Assembly: GCA_965195285.1 (NCBI GenBank)
Contig: CBDAFS010000015.1
Coordinates: 32,001-96,000 of the forward strand
Source: an uncultured Aminicenantes bacterium
GTDB taxonomy: Bacteria; Acidobacteriota; Aminicenantia; UBA2199
DNA length: 64,000 bases
Direction of reading: 5' to 3'
Both the position numbers and the translations under genes were made by a program. The notes below the pieces were generated by a model. That model was not told the origin of the DNA. It was given only the letters and a program-made list of their open reading frames with translations, and searched no databases. This document shows, piece after piece, positions 9,250-19,365 of the stretch. Every line of letters begins with the position of its first letter. Positions within the stretch are counted from its first letter, which is position 1.

Positions 9250-10458
9250 ATGATCAGGTATTCCGGAATTATCGGTATTGTGGTTTTCTTGCTGGTTGCT
9301 TTTTTATTGTCCAATAACCGGAAAAAAATTGCTTTGAAAACTGTTATTTACGGTTTGATTACCCAATTTGTTATAGCGGTTTTCATGCTGAAAACCGCTG
9401 TGGGTGTGGTCCTATTCGAATGGGTGAACCGCATTTTTGTCAGGATCCTGGGATACAGTGATAAAGGGGCTGAATTGTTATTCGGAAAACTGGTTCACTC
9501 CAGTGAGATCGGGGCCACACTGGCCTTTCAGGCGCTCCCGGTTATCATATTTGTGTCGGCCCTGATGGGCTTACTGGTCTATTTCGGGGTGATTCAATTC
9601 ATTATCAGGATTTTGGCCCGCATTTTTTATAAAACGTTGAAAATAACCGGAGTTGAGGCTTTTATCGCTTCACTATTGATATTTATGGGAATCGAGGCGA
9701 TTACCGGAGTTAAAGAATATATTAAAAACATGAATGAATCCAGGATTTTTACCATCATGGTTACCTTTATGTCAACCATTGCCGGAAGCGTCATGGTTGC
9801 CTATATGAGTTTTGGGGCCAAGGCCGGGCATCTGCTGACCGCCTCATTGATGAGTGCTCCGGCTGCAATTGTGATATCCAAGATAATGATCCCGGATGTG
9901 GATAAATCGGAAACCGATCCTCTGCATACCGTTAAAATTGATAAGAAAGGAGGGACTGCGATTGAAGCCATTGCCAATGGCACTTCTGATGGTTTGAATT
10001 TATCCCTGCAAATTGCAGCAATGCTAATTGCTTTTATGGCCATCATTCATTTGGTAAATGGGATCTTTGGGAATATCACCGGATTAACTCTGGAACGGTT
10101 CCTGGGATATTTGCTCTCTCCGGTGGCTTTTTTAATCGGAATTCCACCGGGTGAGTCTATTGAAGTGGGGAGACTGCTGGGTATCAAGATCCTTTTCACG
10201 GAATTCATTTCCTATCTTCAATTGAAAACCCATATCATTGACCAGACCCTTTCAGCCAGGACCATTGCCATTACCACTTATGCTTTATGCGGATTCACCC
10301 ATTTCGGGAGTGTGGCAATATTGATCGGCGGAATCGGAACCCTGGTGCCAGATAAGAAACCAATGGTTTCAAAACTGGCCATCAAGGCCTTGATCGGAGG
10401 TTTCCTGGCCACGGTTATAACGGCTGCTATTGCCGGGATTTTAATCGGGACGGCCTGA
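9250..10458 (+). CDS. nupC: Concentrative nucleoside transporter (CNT/NupC family)
   Basis: LSNNRKKI, FQALPVIIF, STIAGSV, MSAPAA and YALCGF motifs. Confidence 0.9.
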   Translation: MIRYSGIIGIVVFLLVAFLLSNNRKKIALKTVIYGLITQFVIAVFMLKTAVGVVLFEWVNRIFVRILGYSDKGAELLFGKLVHSSEIGATLAFQALPVIIFVSALMGLLVYFGVIQFIIRILARIFYKTLKITGVEAFIASLLIFMGIEAITGVKEYIKNMNESRIFTIMVTFMSTIAGSVMVAYMSFGAKAGHLLTASLMSAPAAIVISKIMIPDVDKSETDPLHTVKIDKKGGTAIEAIANGTSDGLNLSLQIAAMLIAFMAIIHLVNGIFGNITGLTLERFLGYLLSPVAFLIGIPPGESIEVGRLLGIKILFTEFISYLQLKTHIIDQTLSARTIAITTYALCGFTHFGSVAILIGGIGTLVPDKKPMVSKLAIKALIGGFLATVITAAIAGILIGTA

Positions 10459-10486
10459 GGTTTAGTGAAAATCAGATGAGGAGAAA

Positions 10487-11743
10487 ATGTTAGAAAAAAC
10501 GGTTTTGGATTGTGGCTTAACCATTCTCAGTGAATACCGACCCGAACTGCCCTCATTTGCACTCAGTTATTCCCTCAGAAGCGGCTCCCGGACCGAAACC
10601 CCTCAAAACAATGGTATCCACCACTTGATTGAACATATGATGTTCAAGGGCTCTCAACAATACGATTTGAAACAAATAGCCAGGATTTCAGATCAACTGG
10701 GTGGCAACTTGAATGCCTTTACCGGTAAGGAGATTACCCAGTTCTATTTAAAAGCCATTGATGAGAGATTTGAATTGGGTTTCGACATTCTGACCGATAT
10801 CATACTGAATGCCACTTTTCCCGGGGAGGAGTTCTTTAAAGAAACCAATGTGGTTTTGCAGGAGATCAAGGAGTCAGAAGATACACCCGATACCCATGCT
10901 TTTGAAATCTTTTACGAGCAGATATTTGAAAATAATCCTCTGGGTTATCCCATCTCGGGAAGGGAGGATCAGGTTTTGCTTTTCACCCAGGATATGGCCT
11001 TTAAGTTTTACAAAAAAAAATACAACCCGGAAAACCTGGTGTTGGCAGCTGTCGGGAATTTGGACCATTATTCTCTGGTCAAGGAAGCCCGGAGCTATTT
11101 TTCAGGCTTCAGGGCAAAATTACCAGCTGATTTTTCTTTTAAAAAACCGGAAATGGTTTTTGGAACTGCCGTTAAGGAAAAGGAATCCTTAAAACAGACT
11201 TACGTGATTATCGGATTTAAGGGCATTCCGGTTGTATCTCCCATCAGATATAAATTTTTATTGATGAATGAGATACTCGGCTCCGGGATGAGTTCCCGAT
11301 TGTTTCAAAGAATCCGTGAAGAAAAAGGCCTGGCCTATACCGTGCATTCCTTTCTGGATTTTTATCTGGATAACGGTTTGTTAATCGTTTATTCGATTGT
11401 CGAAGCGGAAAAAATCAATGATTATCTTCAGTCGGTAAAAGAGGAAATTAATTTATTGAAGCAAAAGGGGATCAGTAGAGAAGAACTGTCCAGAGCCAAA
11501 GATCATCTGAAATCTTCGATTATACTGGCTTTGGAAAGCAATGCGGCCAAAATGAGTTTCAATGTCAGCCAGGACCTGTTTTTAAAAAGAGAGGTGAAGA
11601 TCAATGAAATTTTAGAAAATATAAATGAAACCACTGTTCATGATATCAATAAATTACTGGAAATCCATTTGAATCTGGATCAGGTTGCCATGTTATTGTA
11701 TGGCAATGTTCAGGAAGAAAAATATCAAGATTTCACTTTTTAA
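10487..11743 (+). CDS. M16 family zinc peptidase
   Basis: Inverted HxxEH (HLIEH) motif; GMSSRLFQRIREEKGLAY. Confidence 0.92.
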   Translation: MLEKTVLDCGLTILSEYRPELPSFALSYSLRSGSRTETPQNNGIHHLIEHMMFKGSQQYDLKQIARISDQLGGNLNAFTGKEITQFYLKAIDERFELGFDILTDIILNATFPGEEFFKETNVVLQEIKESEDTPDTHAFEIFYEQIFENNPLGYPISGREDQVLLFTQDMAFKFYKKKYNPENLVLAAVGNLDHYSLVKEARSYFSGFRAKLPADFSFKKPEMVFGTAVKEKESLKQTYVIIGFKGIPVVSPIRYKFLLMNEILGSGMSSRLFQRIREEKGLAYTVHSFLDFYLDNGLLIVYSIVEAEKINDYLQSVKEEINLLKQKGISREELSRAKDHLKSSIILALESNAAKMSFNVSQDLFLKREVKINEILENINETTVHDINKLLEIHLNLDQVAMLLYGNVQEEKYQDFTF

Positions 11744-11792
11744 AAGGAATATGTTTTTTTCATATAGATTTTAATTATGATATGATATCCGA

Positions 11793-14700
11793 ATGGATAA
11801 GGCGAAGAAGATGAGAGTTGTTTTTACCGGAGGTGGCACCGGGGGCCATGTCTATCCGAATATTGCCATTTATGATGTCATAAAGGAGAGATACCCAGAG
11901 GCCTCTTTTTTGTATATCGGGACCAGAAAGGGGGCAGAGGAGAGAATCGTTTCCAATCTTCCCCAGCCTATAGAATTTGTCAGTATCGTGTCCAGGGGGA
12001 TTCCCCAGAAAATAAGGAGTTTTAAAACCATAATGGCCCTGCTGGTTATGTTTTTTGGATTTGTAAAAAGTTTTTTTGCACTCAGAAAATTTAAGCCGGA
12101 TGTCGTTATCGGCAGTGGTGGTTATGTGTCAGCCCCGGTTCTGTTTGCCTCGGCGTTTCTACGCTTAAAGATTTTTATTCATGAACAGAATGCGGTTCCC
12201 GGAAGACTAAATCGCTATATATCCAAGTTCGCACACAAAATAGGGGTCAGTTTTGCCTCTACCGCCAGTTTTTTTCCAAGGAAAAAAGTTGCCATTACCG
12301 GATATCCGCTCAGAAAGTCAATCCTGAAGAAAAAAGATGTGAATGTAAAAGAAAAATACGGTATTCCATCAGACAATCGTGTCCTGTTTATCTGCAGCGG
12401 AAGTAGCGGTGCCCGGACCATCAACAATGCCATTGCGGAAATTCTTCCGGATTTGTTGACCATCGATGATCTCACCATTATTATTTCAACCGGAAGGGGG
12501 TACACCAGAGAATACAGGGCTTTTGACGATACGGTTGCCATTCTCCAAAGAATTGGGGTTCAGCCTGATATTGAAGGGAAACTGATTATCCGGGAATATT
12601 TTGACAATATTGATGAAATTTATTCCATTTCGGATTTAATTGTTTCCCGAGCCGGTGCAGGTACCATCAAGGAAATTACCACACTGGGAATTCCTTCGAT
12701 TTTAATTCCAAAGATCGATCTTCCCGGGGATCACCAGATCTTAAATGCCATTGAAGTGCAGAAGATGGGGGGAGCTGAGATTGTATATGAAGAAGTCGAT
12801 CTGCGAAATAATCAGAAAACCATATATGTTCCGGAGAAAATACTTTTAGATACCATTCGGAAACTATTATTTGATAACCGGTTCTTTTCCCTGATGAAGA
12901 AGAATTTAGATAAGATTGATAAGCGGAATAGCGCCGAACTCATCCTGGCTGAGATTGAGTTGATCCTGGAAATTAAGCAATCGGTTGAGGAAAAACAGAT
13001 CAAGATTTTTTATCTGCAGTCTGAAGAAAGTGATAAGAGCTATGAATTGATTTTTGATTCCACAACCCTGGGGAATTCCTTCCTTTGTGATGTTTATCTG
13101 GGAGAGATCAAGTCCAATGTGATCTTCCGGATCAAAAATATCAACAATGATGAAAAGTTGATCCTTAAAAGGGTGAAGGGAAGGATTACATTGAATGGGG
13201 AGGAAGTGGGAGACTGGACTGAAATTGTAGAGAATGACTGTCTGGAAATTGCCGGTCATGTTTATGTTTTAAAACGTTATCTGGAAAAATTGGAACAGTT
13301 TCATTTTGAAAAAACCACTTCTTCTAAAATTTTGGGATCCTCTTTTGGCATTATGATCTCCCGGATTGGCGGATTTTTCAGGGAGATCGTTTTTGCCGCT
13401 ACTTTCGGAGCCGGGAAAACCATGAGTATTTTTGCGGTCGGATTAACCATTTCAAATTTTTTGAGGCGGGTGGTTGCCGAGAATGCCCTCGAGAATGCCT
13501 ATCTTCCCATATTTTTAAGAATTTTTCACCGGAGCGCGCGAAAAAAAACCTGGAAGGCTGCTTCATCCATTGTCAATGTCACTCTTCTGCTCTCCGTTAC
13601 CTTTACCCTGCTGGGTATTTTACTGGTCCCGCTGTTGATTAAATTTCTGTTTCCTGCATTCGTGGCCAGGGGAATGATTAATGAAACCATCAACATGACC
13701 CGACTGATGTTCCCTTATCTTTTTCTGGTGACAGTGGCATCGGTGATGACCACCTACTTGAAGGCCTTCAACCGTTTTGGTATTGCCGAGTCTTCGGCTC
13801 TGTTTTTTTCCGTCGGTACTATCACCGGAGTGGTTATCCTGCATTCATTCACCGGGATTTATTCTCTGGCTTACGGTGTTTTACTCGGCGGGGTTTTACA
13901 AATATTATTTGCCTTGCCATTTACCGTTAAAATACTTTCACAAAAGGCCTTGCAGTTTCATTATTCTCCCTCCATTCAATTTGCCAGCCCTGAGAATAAA
14001 AAATATTATTCACAACTGGGACCCATATTCATTGATGTCATCCTGTCAAATTCCTCTGAAATTGTTGCGCAGATACTGGCTGCCGGATTGAAAACAGGGG
14101 CCATTGCTTTTTTATATTTTGCCAAGACGATTTTCAGGTTGCCTTTTGCCATAATCTCACAGGCGATCAACAGTGTGATTTTAAGGGAGTTTTCGGATAA
14201 AATTGCCCTGTTCGATAAAGAGAAGGCCAGAAAATTATTCATCGATGGACTGAAAACCAATTTATTCCTACTCACTCCTATATCGATTTCTATGATTATT
14301 CTGGCAGAACCGATTGTTTCATTGATCCTGGGTCGCGGTGAGTTCAACCAGTCGGATATACTTCATACTGCATATGCACTCCAATTTTATTCGATCGGGT
14401 TGATCGGGTGGGGGATTCATTCGTTTACAGTCAGAATATTCTCGGCCAGGATGGATATTAAGACTTCCATGATATTGAATTTTTTCATGCTGACCACTAA
14501 TATTACACTATGCCTTCTACTGGTCAGGACAAGCTTGACTTTTGCCGGGTTGGCCCTGGCCACTTCACTTTCATATTTGATCTTTTCGGTTATCCGGGTG
14601 CTGGTATTGAAATACAAGCTGGAAAGAGAAGATATTCGAATCGCCTACCGGGAAATATTAATATCTTTTTTCAAAACCCTCCTGGCCTCATGTTTCATGG

Positions 14701-15578
14701 TGGTCATCATGCTGGAAACCAAATTAATATTTAAGAAAATTCCTTTCGGATCCAAAACCTTTGAAAACATTATAATGCTGGTATCCTTGCTGTTTATCGG
14801 AACTGCGGTATATTTCCTTTCATCTCTGTTACTTAAAAATACCGAAATTCTCATTTTAAGAAAAACCCTGATGAAAGGAGATAGAAATATACCGATTTCC
14901 ATGCTGTCACCTTTTGAGTTTTTAAACCGGGCCGCTCGATTTCCTGAAAAATTCAGGGATGATTACCTTTACAAGATCAATATTTTCATCTCCAGTGAAA
15001 AATGGGAGATCAGAAATGTGGGGGTTAAACTGGTAGGCATTTTTCAGGATAGAACCAAAATTGATTTTTTATTAAATTTGATAAAATCAACTTCTGCCAA
15101 TGGTTTCATCAAACGAAACGCACTGATGGCCTTGATCCAGCTGGATTTCTGGGATGCCAAACAAAAAGATTTAATGAAAAGCCTTTTAAATGACAGCTAT
15201 TTTGAAGTTAGAGCCGCCACAATTGAATACCTCTACAACAAGCTGCCTGACCAGGACTATGATGAATTCAAGGGTATGATTCATAAGAAATTGAAAAGAT
15301 CATCTCTGGAGGAAAAAATCGCCTCTTTGAAGCTCATTGGGAAACTCGGTTCAAAAGATGAACTCGCTTTACTGAAGCATTTCTACCTGAGCAGCAATTC
15401 CATCCTGAGAGAGGAATTGCTGGAAATGATTTTAAGATTTTACCGGAGGAAGCTGCTTTCTGTTGATGAAGTCAAAGAGCAGATTGATAAAATACTGAAA
15501 ACCTCCAATAACTTCAGTCCTGAGTTTAAGCTGAAGGCAATAATAAACAAGGTTTTTAAGGAGCTAGGAGAAACATGA
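11793..15578 (+). CDS. murG-murJ: MurG - FHA-like - MurJ - HEAT-repeat fusion protein
   Basis: MurG: GGGTGGH, HEQN..PG, SRAGAGT..E, HQ..NA. FHA-like segment ...LNGEEV...NDCLEIAG. MurJ: SRIGGFFRE, NFLRRVVAE, RLPFAII, GLALATS. C-terminal helical repeats (DSYFEVRAAT). One continuous ORF. Confidence 0.9.
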   Translation: MDKAKKMRVVFTGGGTGGHVYPNIAIYDVIKERYPEASFLYIGTRKGAEERIVSNLPQPIEFVSIVSRGIPQKIRSFKTIMALLVMFFGFVKSFFALRKFKPDVVIGSGGYVSAPVLFASAFLRLKIFIHEQNAVPGRLNRYISKFAHKIGVSFASTASFFPRKKVAITGYPLRKSILKKKDVNVKEKYGIPSDNRVLFICSGSSGARTINNAIAEILPDLLTIDDLTIIISTGRGYTREYRAFDDTVAILQRIGVQPDIEGKLIIREYFDNIDEIYSISDLIVSRAGAGTIKEITTLGIPSILIPKIDLPGDHQILNAIEVQKMGGAEIVYEEVDLRNNQKTIYVPEKILLDTIRKLLFDNRFFSLMKKNLDKIDKRNSAELILAEIELILEIKQSVEEKQIKIFYLQSEESDKSYELIFDSTTLGNSFLCDVYLGEIKSNVIFRIKNINNDEKLILKRVKGRITLNGEEVGDWTEIVENDCLEIAGHVYVLKRYLEKLEQFHFEKTTSSKILGSSFGIMISRIGGFFREIVFAATFGAGKTMSIFAVGLTISNFLRRVVAENALENAYLPIFLRIFHRSARKKTWKAASSIVNVTLLLSVTFTLLGILLVPLLIKFLFPAFVARGMINETINMTRLMFPYLFLVTVASVMTTYLKAFNRFGIAESSALFFSVGTITGVVILHSFTGIYSLAYGVLLGGVLQILFALPFTVKILSQKALQFHYSPSIQFASPENKKYYSQLGPIFIDVILSNSSEIVAQILAAGLKTGAIAFLYFAKTIFRLPFAIISQAINSVILREFSDKIALFDKEKARKLFIDGLKTNLFLLTPISISMIILAEPIVSLILGRGEFNQSDILHTAYALQFYSIGLIGWGIHSFTVRIFSARMDIKTSMILNFFMLTTNITLCLLLVRTSLTFAGLALATSLSYLIFSVIRVLVLKYKLEREDIRIAYREILISFFKTLLASCFMVVIMLETKLIFKKIPFGSKTFENIIMLVSLLFIGTAVYFLSSLLLKNTEILILRKTLMKGDRNIPISMLSPFEFLNRAARFPEKFRDDYLYKINIFISSEKWEIRNVGVKLVGIFQDRTKIDFLLNLIKSTSANGFIKRNALMALIQLDFWDAKQKDLMKSLLNDSYFEVRAATIEYLYNKLPDQDYDEFKGMIHKKLKRSSLEEKIASLKLIGKLGSKDELALLKHFYLSSNSILREELLEMILRFYRRKLLSVDEVKEQIDKILKTSNNFSPEFKLKAIINKVFKELGET

Positions 15579-16675
15579 TTGTCTGGTTAATGGAGTTTAT
15601 GGAATTTATTCCGGAATCGATTCAGCGGCTCTTTTCTTATGTTAGTTTTAGAGCATTGATGGCCATGTTAACTGCTTTTTTGTTCGGGGTTTTTGTGGGG
15701 AAAAGACTGATTAACATTATTTATCAGCTTAATTTCCGGGATGTATCCAGGAGTTATGGGAATTTGTCCCCGAAAAACAAAACAGGAACTCCCACCATGG
15801 GCGGGATCATCATTTTTTTATCTTTCCTGATTGCGGTGTTGATTTGGTCAAAGCCGGATAATTTTTTTATTTCAATTATTCTACTGGCCGCTTTCTGGTT
15901 TACCACTCTGGGTTTTTTTGATGATTATTTAAAAAATGTGAAAGGCACCAGTGATGCGGGTATGAGCCGGGGATTGAAGCTCTTTTTTCAGGCATTGTTC
16001 GGACTAATCCTGGGACTCCTGGTTTTATCAAACAACTCACCCATCGGCCAGGAAATAGCAACGAAACTGTTCATTCCCTTTATTAAAAATCCAGTTATCG
16101 ATCTTTCTTTTTTTTATTATATTTTTATTATACTGGTGATCATCGGAATTTCCAATTCGATTAATTTTGCCGATGGCCTAGATGGGCTGGCCGCAGTACC
16201 GGTTTCCCTGCTGGCTTTTGTGTATGCCGTATTTGCCTATATATTAGGCAATTCAAAACTGGCTGAATATTTACTCTTTCCCTATATAAACGGGGCCGAG
16301 GAACTGGTGATTGCACTGGCTGCCCTGGCAGGTGCCATGATCGGTTTTCTGTGGTTTAATACCTATCCGGCCGAGATATTTATGGGAGATACCGGTTCTC
16401 TGTTTTTGGGTGGAATTATTGCTACTACGGCGATATTGTTAAAAAAAGAAATACTATTTCTGGTTGCAGGCGGACTCTTTGTGATTGAATTCCTATCTGT
16501 TTTTATTCAGGACTATATTGGTATCAAATGGTTCAAAAGAAGGATTTTTTACCGGGCCCCGATTCACCATACCTATCAATTTTTGGGAATTGCTGAACCT
16601 AAAATTGTGGTTCGATTCTGGATTATAGCCGGGATTTTTACCCTGGTCAGTTTAATCAGCTTGAAGTTACGGTAA
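15575..16675 (+). CDS. mraY: Phospho-N-acetylmuramoyl-pentapeptide transferase
   Basis: KTGTPTMGG, GFFDDY, NFADGLDGL, FMGDTGS and APIHH motifs; ATGA overlap with the upstream fusion gene. Confidence 0.96.
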   Translation: MIVWLMEFMEFIPESIQRLFSYVSFRALMAMLTAFLFGVFVGKRLINIIYQLNFRDVSRSYGNLSPKNKTGTPTMGGIIIFLSFLIAVLIWSKPDNFFISIILLAAFWFTTLGFFDDYLKNVKGTSDAGMSRGLKLFFQALFGLILGLLVLSNNSPIGQEIATKLFIPFIKNPVIDLSFFYYIFIILVIIGISNSINFADGLDGLAAVPVSLLAFVYAVFAYILGNSKLAEYLLFPYINGAEELVIALAALAGAMIGFLWFNTYPAEIFMGDTGSLFLGGIIATTAILLKKEILFLVAGGLFVIEFLSVFIQDYIGIKWFKRRIFYRAPIHHTYQFLGIAEPKIVVRFWIIAGIFTLVSLISLKLR

Positions 16676-17385
16676 TGAAGGATATCAAAGACATTCTTGT
16701 TTTTCTGAGCCTTTCTCTTAAGATTTTTCTGAGTTTGGTGTTTTTCAATTTATTGTATTTGCTCATATCTATCATGATTATTGTTGGTCTCTTTTTTGTA
16801 TCTCCTGCACCAATGAGCCATTCGGGGTCTCTATTGTTGTTATTGATATCCATCATCGCTTTCCATATCGCTTTTAAAAACATTTTTTTGTTTAAATATC
16901 AGTGGTTGCTCAATTTCAGGTTTATAGATTTTTTAGGTAACAATCCATCATTGAACCCGCCGATATCGATGGACTATGACCGTGGGTTGAAACTTCCCAT
17001 TGAAGAGATAAAAAGTCAATATAAAGCCGTCAAATCTGGTTTAAAACCAAGAGGGCTGGCATTATTCTCAAAAATGTTTGTTATTTCCATGATAATGACC
17101 CTGATTTTAACTGAGCACCCATTCAACTGGAATCGGGGTATTACCGAAAATTTAAAAAAAAGCGTATTGAAGCTATACTTGTTGAATTTGCTGATTTTTT
17201 TCATGATATTGGTTACGTTTACCCTGATTTCATTTTTACTTACTATTGGAATTCATTTGGAATTGAAATGTCTGGTTTTTTTTATCGGATTTTTGTTTGC
17301 TTATTTTTTGCATGCTGCCCTGTTCGATCCCATTGTTTCACTCATGATTCAGAAGCAAACTTATTTGTCGGTTTCACAGAGTTGA
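16675..17385 (+). CDS. Hypothetical membrane protein (about 4 TM)
   Basis: Hydrophobic helices at both ends; TAATG overlap with mraY. Confidence 0.7.
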   Translation: MKDIKDILVFLSLSLKIFLSLVFFNLLYLLISIMIIVGLFFVSPAPMSHSGSLLLLLISIIAFHIAFKNIFLFKYQWLLNFRFIDFLGNNPSLNPPISMDYDRGLKLPIEEIKSQYKAVKSGLKPRGLALFSKMFVISMIMTLILTEHPFNWNRGITENLKKSVLKLYLLNLLIFFMILVTFTLISFLLTIGIHLELKCLVFFIGFLFAYFLHAALFDPIVSLMIQKQTYLSVSQS

Positions 17386-17391
17386 TAATAA

Positions 17392-17799
17392 TCAACCCTC
17401 GGATGGGAGAAAATCTCGCCGGATGAGCATTTCAATCTTGGGATTCCAGCAAGGATTTTCAATGAAACGGCGTTCCTGGCGTATCGAGTTTCTGGAAACA
17501 AAGGTATCCCCCCCTTTGTTAAATCGGATAATACCGGATCCGGTCATGATACTCATTTGGGTGGCCAGTGTAGCCACCGGATGGCCGGTTGAATCCAGAA
17601 TACCTTCACGATCTCCGCTTTTAAACATCAACAGGTGATGTCCGATTTCATGCAGTATTTCCCGGGCCAGGGATTTGGCATGAGAGACATCGATGCTCTT
17701 ACTGGCCAACCACCAGAAATCAGACCAGATGAAAATGGCCGGTGATTTTCCAGCCATCGAACTGCCCGTACCATAAGCAGACCATTCGATCAGATCCAA
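17392..17799 (-). CDS. HExxH-containing hypothetical protein, possibly a 5'-truncated zincin fragment
   Basis: ILHEIGHHL and a SIM Met-turn-like motif; only a TTG start, with the frame open upstream to about 17901. Confidence 0.45.
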   Translation of the reverse strand: MDLIEWSAYGTGSSMAGKSPAIFIWSDFWWLASKSIDVSHAKSLAREILHEIGHHLLMFKSGDREGILDSTGHPVATLATQMSIMTGSGIIRFNKGGDTFVSRNSIRQERRFIENPCWNPKIEMLIRRDFLPSEG

Positions 17800-17964
17800 T
17801 TCCTCGGGACTGTAATGATAGTGATAGTCGACCGGAATCGGAGTGTCTTTATCCTCTGATTGGTTATTATATATACCTGAATTTATATCAAAAAGACTCG
17901 TTTATGGCATTTTTTTTCAAAAAGGAAATAGTGTATAATATTTGGTATATTGGAAGAGATAGAA

Positions 17965-18684
17965 ATGAGATTGTTTTCCGCTTTTCAGGAATTGTTCAAT
18001 CTGGTTCGGGTCTCGGTCTATCAACCCAGGTGTATATGCTGTCAGGACTTACTGGTATTCAAAGAGGAGCAGCATATCTGTGGGTCATGCCGTTCTCAAA
18101 TTCAACCCTTTTTTTTTCCGGTCTGCCGTCTTTGCGGAAAATCTATCAACGAAAATGGGGAGATCTGCGGAGAGTGCTCGATAAATCCCCCTCCCTTTCG
18201 GAAACATGCTTCCTATACACGGTATGAAGGGGTTATTAAAGAGCTGATTATTTATTATAAGTTCAAGGGCATACAGGGATTAAAAGTTCTTTTTGAGAAT
18301 CTTCTGGCTGAACTGTTCAACAGCCAAATCACCGGGCATTTCGACTGGATGGTTCCGGTACCGGCTGACAGGGGGAGGAAGCGGGAACTGAATCCCATTC
18401 TGGCTCTCTGTAAAAGGTTATCCAGGAGTGTGGACATTCCTTTAATGCGGAAAAATCTAATCAAGGTTAAAAGGACCGAACCCCAGGTCCTGTTGAGTCA
18501 GGCCAGGCGTTTGAAAAATCTGGACGGGGCTTTTCAACTAAAAGATCCAGCCGCAGTCAAAAAAAAGAGAATATTGCTGGTGGATGATGTGTATACCACC
18601 GGTACCACCATAAAAAAGTGTACTCAGTTGCTTAAAAAGGCCGGAGCCGACGTAGTGGCCATTACCCTGGCCCGATCAATATAA
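17965..18684 (+). CDS. comF: ComF family protein (double zinc ribbon + PRTase)
   Basis: Four CxxC pairs, VPVP, LLVDDVYTTGTT. Confidence 0.92.
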   Translation: MRLFSAFQELFNLVRVSVYQPRCICCQDLLVFKEEQHICGSCRSQIQPFFFPVCRLCGKSINENGEICGECSINPPPFRKHASYTRYEGVIKELIIYYKFKGIQGLKVLFENLLAELFNSQITGHFDWMVPVPADRGRKRELNPILALCKRLSRSVDIPLMRKNLIKVKRTEPQVLLSQARRLKNLDGAFQLKDPAAVKKKRILLVDDVYTTGTTIKKCTQLLKKAGADVVAITLARSI

Positions 18685-18787
18685 ATATTTCAATTAGACC
18701 ACTAACTCTTTCGGGTGTTGCGTTGGTTATATAAAGTTTATCCTGACTGTTAAGATTTGTGTCAGTATGTGAATTTAATATTATTTT

Positions 18788-19156
18788 TTATCTGGTGCAG
18801 CTCCAGGTACCAGTCCAACCCGAATCTTCAATAAATGTGCCATTCATGGAGTTGTTGGTTGGAGCTGACCCAATATAATTTGATGAATTGCCGTTGTCCC
18901 AGACAACATTGAAATTTACCGTTGTTCCTGTTACCGTATATGTACCGATTCCACCCCAGCCATCCACTGCAGTGCCTGCAGTTGCTGATCCTGAAAATGT
19001 GATTGTGGTAACATATATGTCCATATCAGAATAAGTAAGGGTTAAACTCCAAAGTCCGACAATGTTAAAAACTTCTTCTTCAGCGGTTTTACAAGCAGGC
19101 ATAAATATTAAAGCAATACAAACTAAAAATAATAACAACAAAGAAAACTTTTTCAT
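18788..19156 (-). CDS. Small beta-rich lipoprotein
   Basis: Signal peptide with lipobox MPAC; GGAGG RBS; G-x-W beta motifs. Confidence 0.75.
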   Translation of the reverse strand: MKKFSLLLLFLVCIALIFMPACKTAEEEVFNIVGLWSLTLTYSDMDIYVTTITFSGSATAGTAVDGWGGIGTYTVTGTTVNFNVVWDNGNSSNYIGSAPTNNSMNGTFIEDSGWTGTWSCTR

Positions 19157-19259
19157 TGTTCCTCCTTTTTTTTTATATTATATAATTGAAAATATAAAAT
19201 CAATAAAAAACTTCAATAGCTTTATTTATGAAAAGAGCGATTATAACATACAAAAGTGA

Positions 19260-19350
19260 TTTTTGACTGATAGATCCTGTTGCAGTCAAAAAAAAGAGAA
19301 TAGTGGTGGCCATTACCCTGGCCCGATCGGTGTAGATCGGGCGGGGTAAG
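19260..19350 (+). repeat. comF-3'-derived direct repeat with two hairpins (left of RAYT)
   Basis: Matches 20363-20449 (87 bp, 1 mismatch) and comF 18531-18573 plus 18652-18677. Confidence 0.9.
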
Positions 19351-19365
19351 AGTATATATGACAAT

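Noticed and set aside
17742-18227. Alternative-frame and antisense ORFs (e.g. 4830-5444, 17742-18227, 22291-22812, 38727-39326)
   Set aside because: They overlap well-supported genes and show no motifs; treated as shadow ORFs
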